Source: Antedon mediterranea
Taxonomy: Eukaryota; Animalia; Echinodermata
Length of the DNA stretch: 64,000 nucleotides
Assembly: GCF_964355755.1 (NCBI RefSeq)
Contig: NC_092670.1
Location: 15,548,795-15,612,794, forward strand
Direction of reading: 5' to 3'
The translations under genes were made by a program, and so were the position numbers. A model generated the notes under the pieces. That model saw only the letters and a program-made list of their open reading frames with translations. It did no database searches and was not told the DNA's origin. Shown one piece after another: positions 63,842-64,000 of this stretch (its first letter is position 1; each line of letters begins with the position of its first letter).

Positions 63842-64000
63842 GTAAGTTTGCATGTGAATTCATCTCCAAGTACTCTCAATTGCACTGATGAATCTCCATT
63901 GGGATCCAGCCACTGATATCCACACTATTTTCATATTTTCAGTGCTTCTTGTATTTGTATCTCCATTCAGCTTGTCATTTTGTATGCAATTTGCCTTTTG

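Overview
AT-rich, intron-containing animal genomic DNA, almost certainly from an echinoderm because it carries a sperm bindin gene. A crinoid is plausible from base composition and divergence, but that is only inference. Seven protein-coding genes can be spliced by eye: the 3' part of NSUN6 (+), a complete 8-coding-exon bindin gene (-, about 906 aa), ACBP/DBI (+), two tandem SLC16 monocarboxylate-transporter paralogues (+), an alpha-arrestin (ARRDC-like, +), and lipin (+, runs off the window end). Introns and intergenic DNA hold many non-autonomous DNA transposons (Harbinger-, hAT-, Kolobok- and MULE-like, judged from TIRs and TSDs), LINE 3' remnants, a tRNA-derived SINE, a 5S-rRNA-derived SINE and minisatellites. 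The most interesting object is the bindin gene. Its pro-region reads as an LRRNT / three LRR-sized phase-2 exons / LRRCT module, which suggests an LRR-protein origin. Its mature part is a 288-bp-period acid/base block repeat ending in a variant B18 fusogenic core. All coordinates, splice sites and family assignments were made by eye, with no database searches.
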